In this document: one piece after another, positions 62,717 to 64,000 of the stretch | How positions within the stretch are numbered: the stretch's first letter is position 1 | Layout: every line of letters begins with the position of its first letter | Assembly (NCBI GenBank): GCA_002269645.1 | Contig: NIVC01000356.1 | Span: 124,001-188,000, forward strand | DNA from: Macrostomum lignano | Lineage: Eukaryota | DNA: 64,000 nucleotides | Direction: 5' to 3' | The notes under the pieces: model-generated | Told to the model about the DNA's origin: nothing | Databases searched by the model: none | The model's input: only the letters and a program-made list of their open reading frames with translations | Made by a program: the position numbers and the translations under genes

Positions 62717-64000
62717 ATGAGCGGCAGGAGCGACTTTCTAAGAAAGGTGAAGAGCGGAATTTACGAAGCTGTGAAGAACTACCTAGCTAATAGCGATGGA
62801 GTTTGTGAAGCTCTGGCAGACAAAGACTACTGCGAACGGAATGCCTTGATTCTAGCTGCCATTAATAAAGACCTTCCGATGACGAATTTGCTGCTTCAGA
62901 ACAGGAGCTGGAACTTGAAAATTGACTGTCGGGTAAGATTCTTCATACTACCGTAGAAACTTCTGTGTCTGGATATTGAAAAAGTCAAGGCCGCGGTATA
63001 CCCTGTGTGAGCAAGTGCCTGCGTAGCTTCGTATCCATGCTTGTGCGTGCTCAGGGCTGTGCTCAAAAGCCCTGGCGACTGCAAGTAAACAAATACCGAC
63101 CAACCCTTCCAGGACATTCAGGGCCTCACCGCCCTCGCGCACGCAGCGGAGAGGAACGCTGCTGACGTGGTCAGCGCCCTCCTGGAGGCTGGAGCCGACC
63201 ACCGACTGCCGGACTGCTGCGACAACACGCCGATCATTTTGTGCGCCAAGGAGGGGAACCTCGACGCCATCGGAGCGCTGGCTCCGTTTGTTAAGGATGT
63301 CAAAGACTGGCAGGTGAAAGGCGATTTCGATTTGACAGCCGAGGAGTGGGCCAGACGCATGAAGCACTCGGAAGTGGAGGCCTTCATCAGGTCCAGGTAG
63401 GAATAATCAGTCTTAGGCTGACGAAGTAGAAACTGCAGCATCATTTATTTTTAATTGCTTTGCAGAATCTATGAAATGAGTAGCCATCGAATTTCTATGA
63501 GCGAATCGGAAACATGTGGCAATGACGACACTACTGATCCGACTCAGCCTGAGTCTGTATGTACTTTAAAGAGCGATGGAGATACACGTGCAGCAAAAAA
63601 TGGTGAAGATTCACTCAAAGGTCACGCTAAGACCGCAAAGTACTGCAGTGATGGTGACGGTAAAGAAGTTAATAAAAATAGCTCAAATGTCGGTTGTTCG
63701 GTTGAAGTTGGCGACGATAAATATCTGAGCGCAGTTGAACAGTTTCTGCGATTTTGTGGTAAACTAAATGATATTGCTGAAGATAGTCGGTTGAATAGGC
63801 CTCTCGTTCATCAAGAAATTTTTAATTACTCTATCATTGATCTTCTCACAGAATTTGGAATCAGAAAATTGGTGCTATTGATAAAATATTTAGACAGGGG
63901 CGTCAAACCTACACGCTTACAAGGGGAAAAAAGTTGCGCTAAAAGAACTAGTACGAATGGTGGAGAGGGAGACGAAAAAGACAATGGCGGAAGCGGTGGC
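62717..64000 (+). CDS. Ankyrin-repeat protein, 3'-partial; join(62717..62932,63113..63396,63466..>64000)
   Basis: Ankyrin motifs RNALILAA, GLTALAHAAERN..VVSALLEAGAD, NTPIILCAKEGN and LTAEEWA. Phase 0 and phase 2 GT-AG introns; the third exon is stop-free for 178 codons to the window edge. Confidence 0.7.

Overview
Eukaryotic (metazoan) genomic DNA, not prokaryotic: GC-rich spliced exons sit in AT-rich, repeat-dense DNA. The host could be a free-living flatworm of the Macrostomum type, but that is only an impression from sequence style. Eight protein-coding genes can be built by hand with consistent splice phases: SPCS1 (+), a CREB3-family membrane-bound bZIP factor (+, 3 coding exons), two paralogous secreted single-CUB-domain proteins (-), PPP1R37 (-, 6 exons), ADO (+), a non-catalytic dihydropyrimidinase/CRMP homolog (+, 6 exons, one GC-AG intron) and an ankyrin-repeat gene running off the right edge. 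The rest is mostly non-autonomous mobile DNA: a head-to-tail pair of Helitron-like elements carrying a tRNA-like Pol III unit, satellites and TTAGGG tracts; four Mutator/Foldback-type elements with 9-bp TSDs; other MITEs; two tRNA-derived SINE families; and about 20 distinct minisatellites. Most long ORFs in the supplied track are artefacts of these repeats. No autonomous transposase, rRNA, intact tRNA or CRISPR array was found. All exon coordinates were read manually; homology calls come from motif recall, not database searches.
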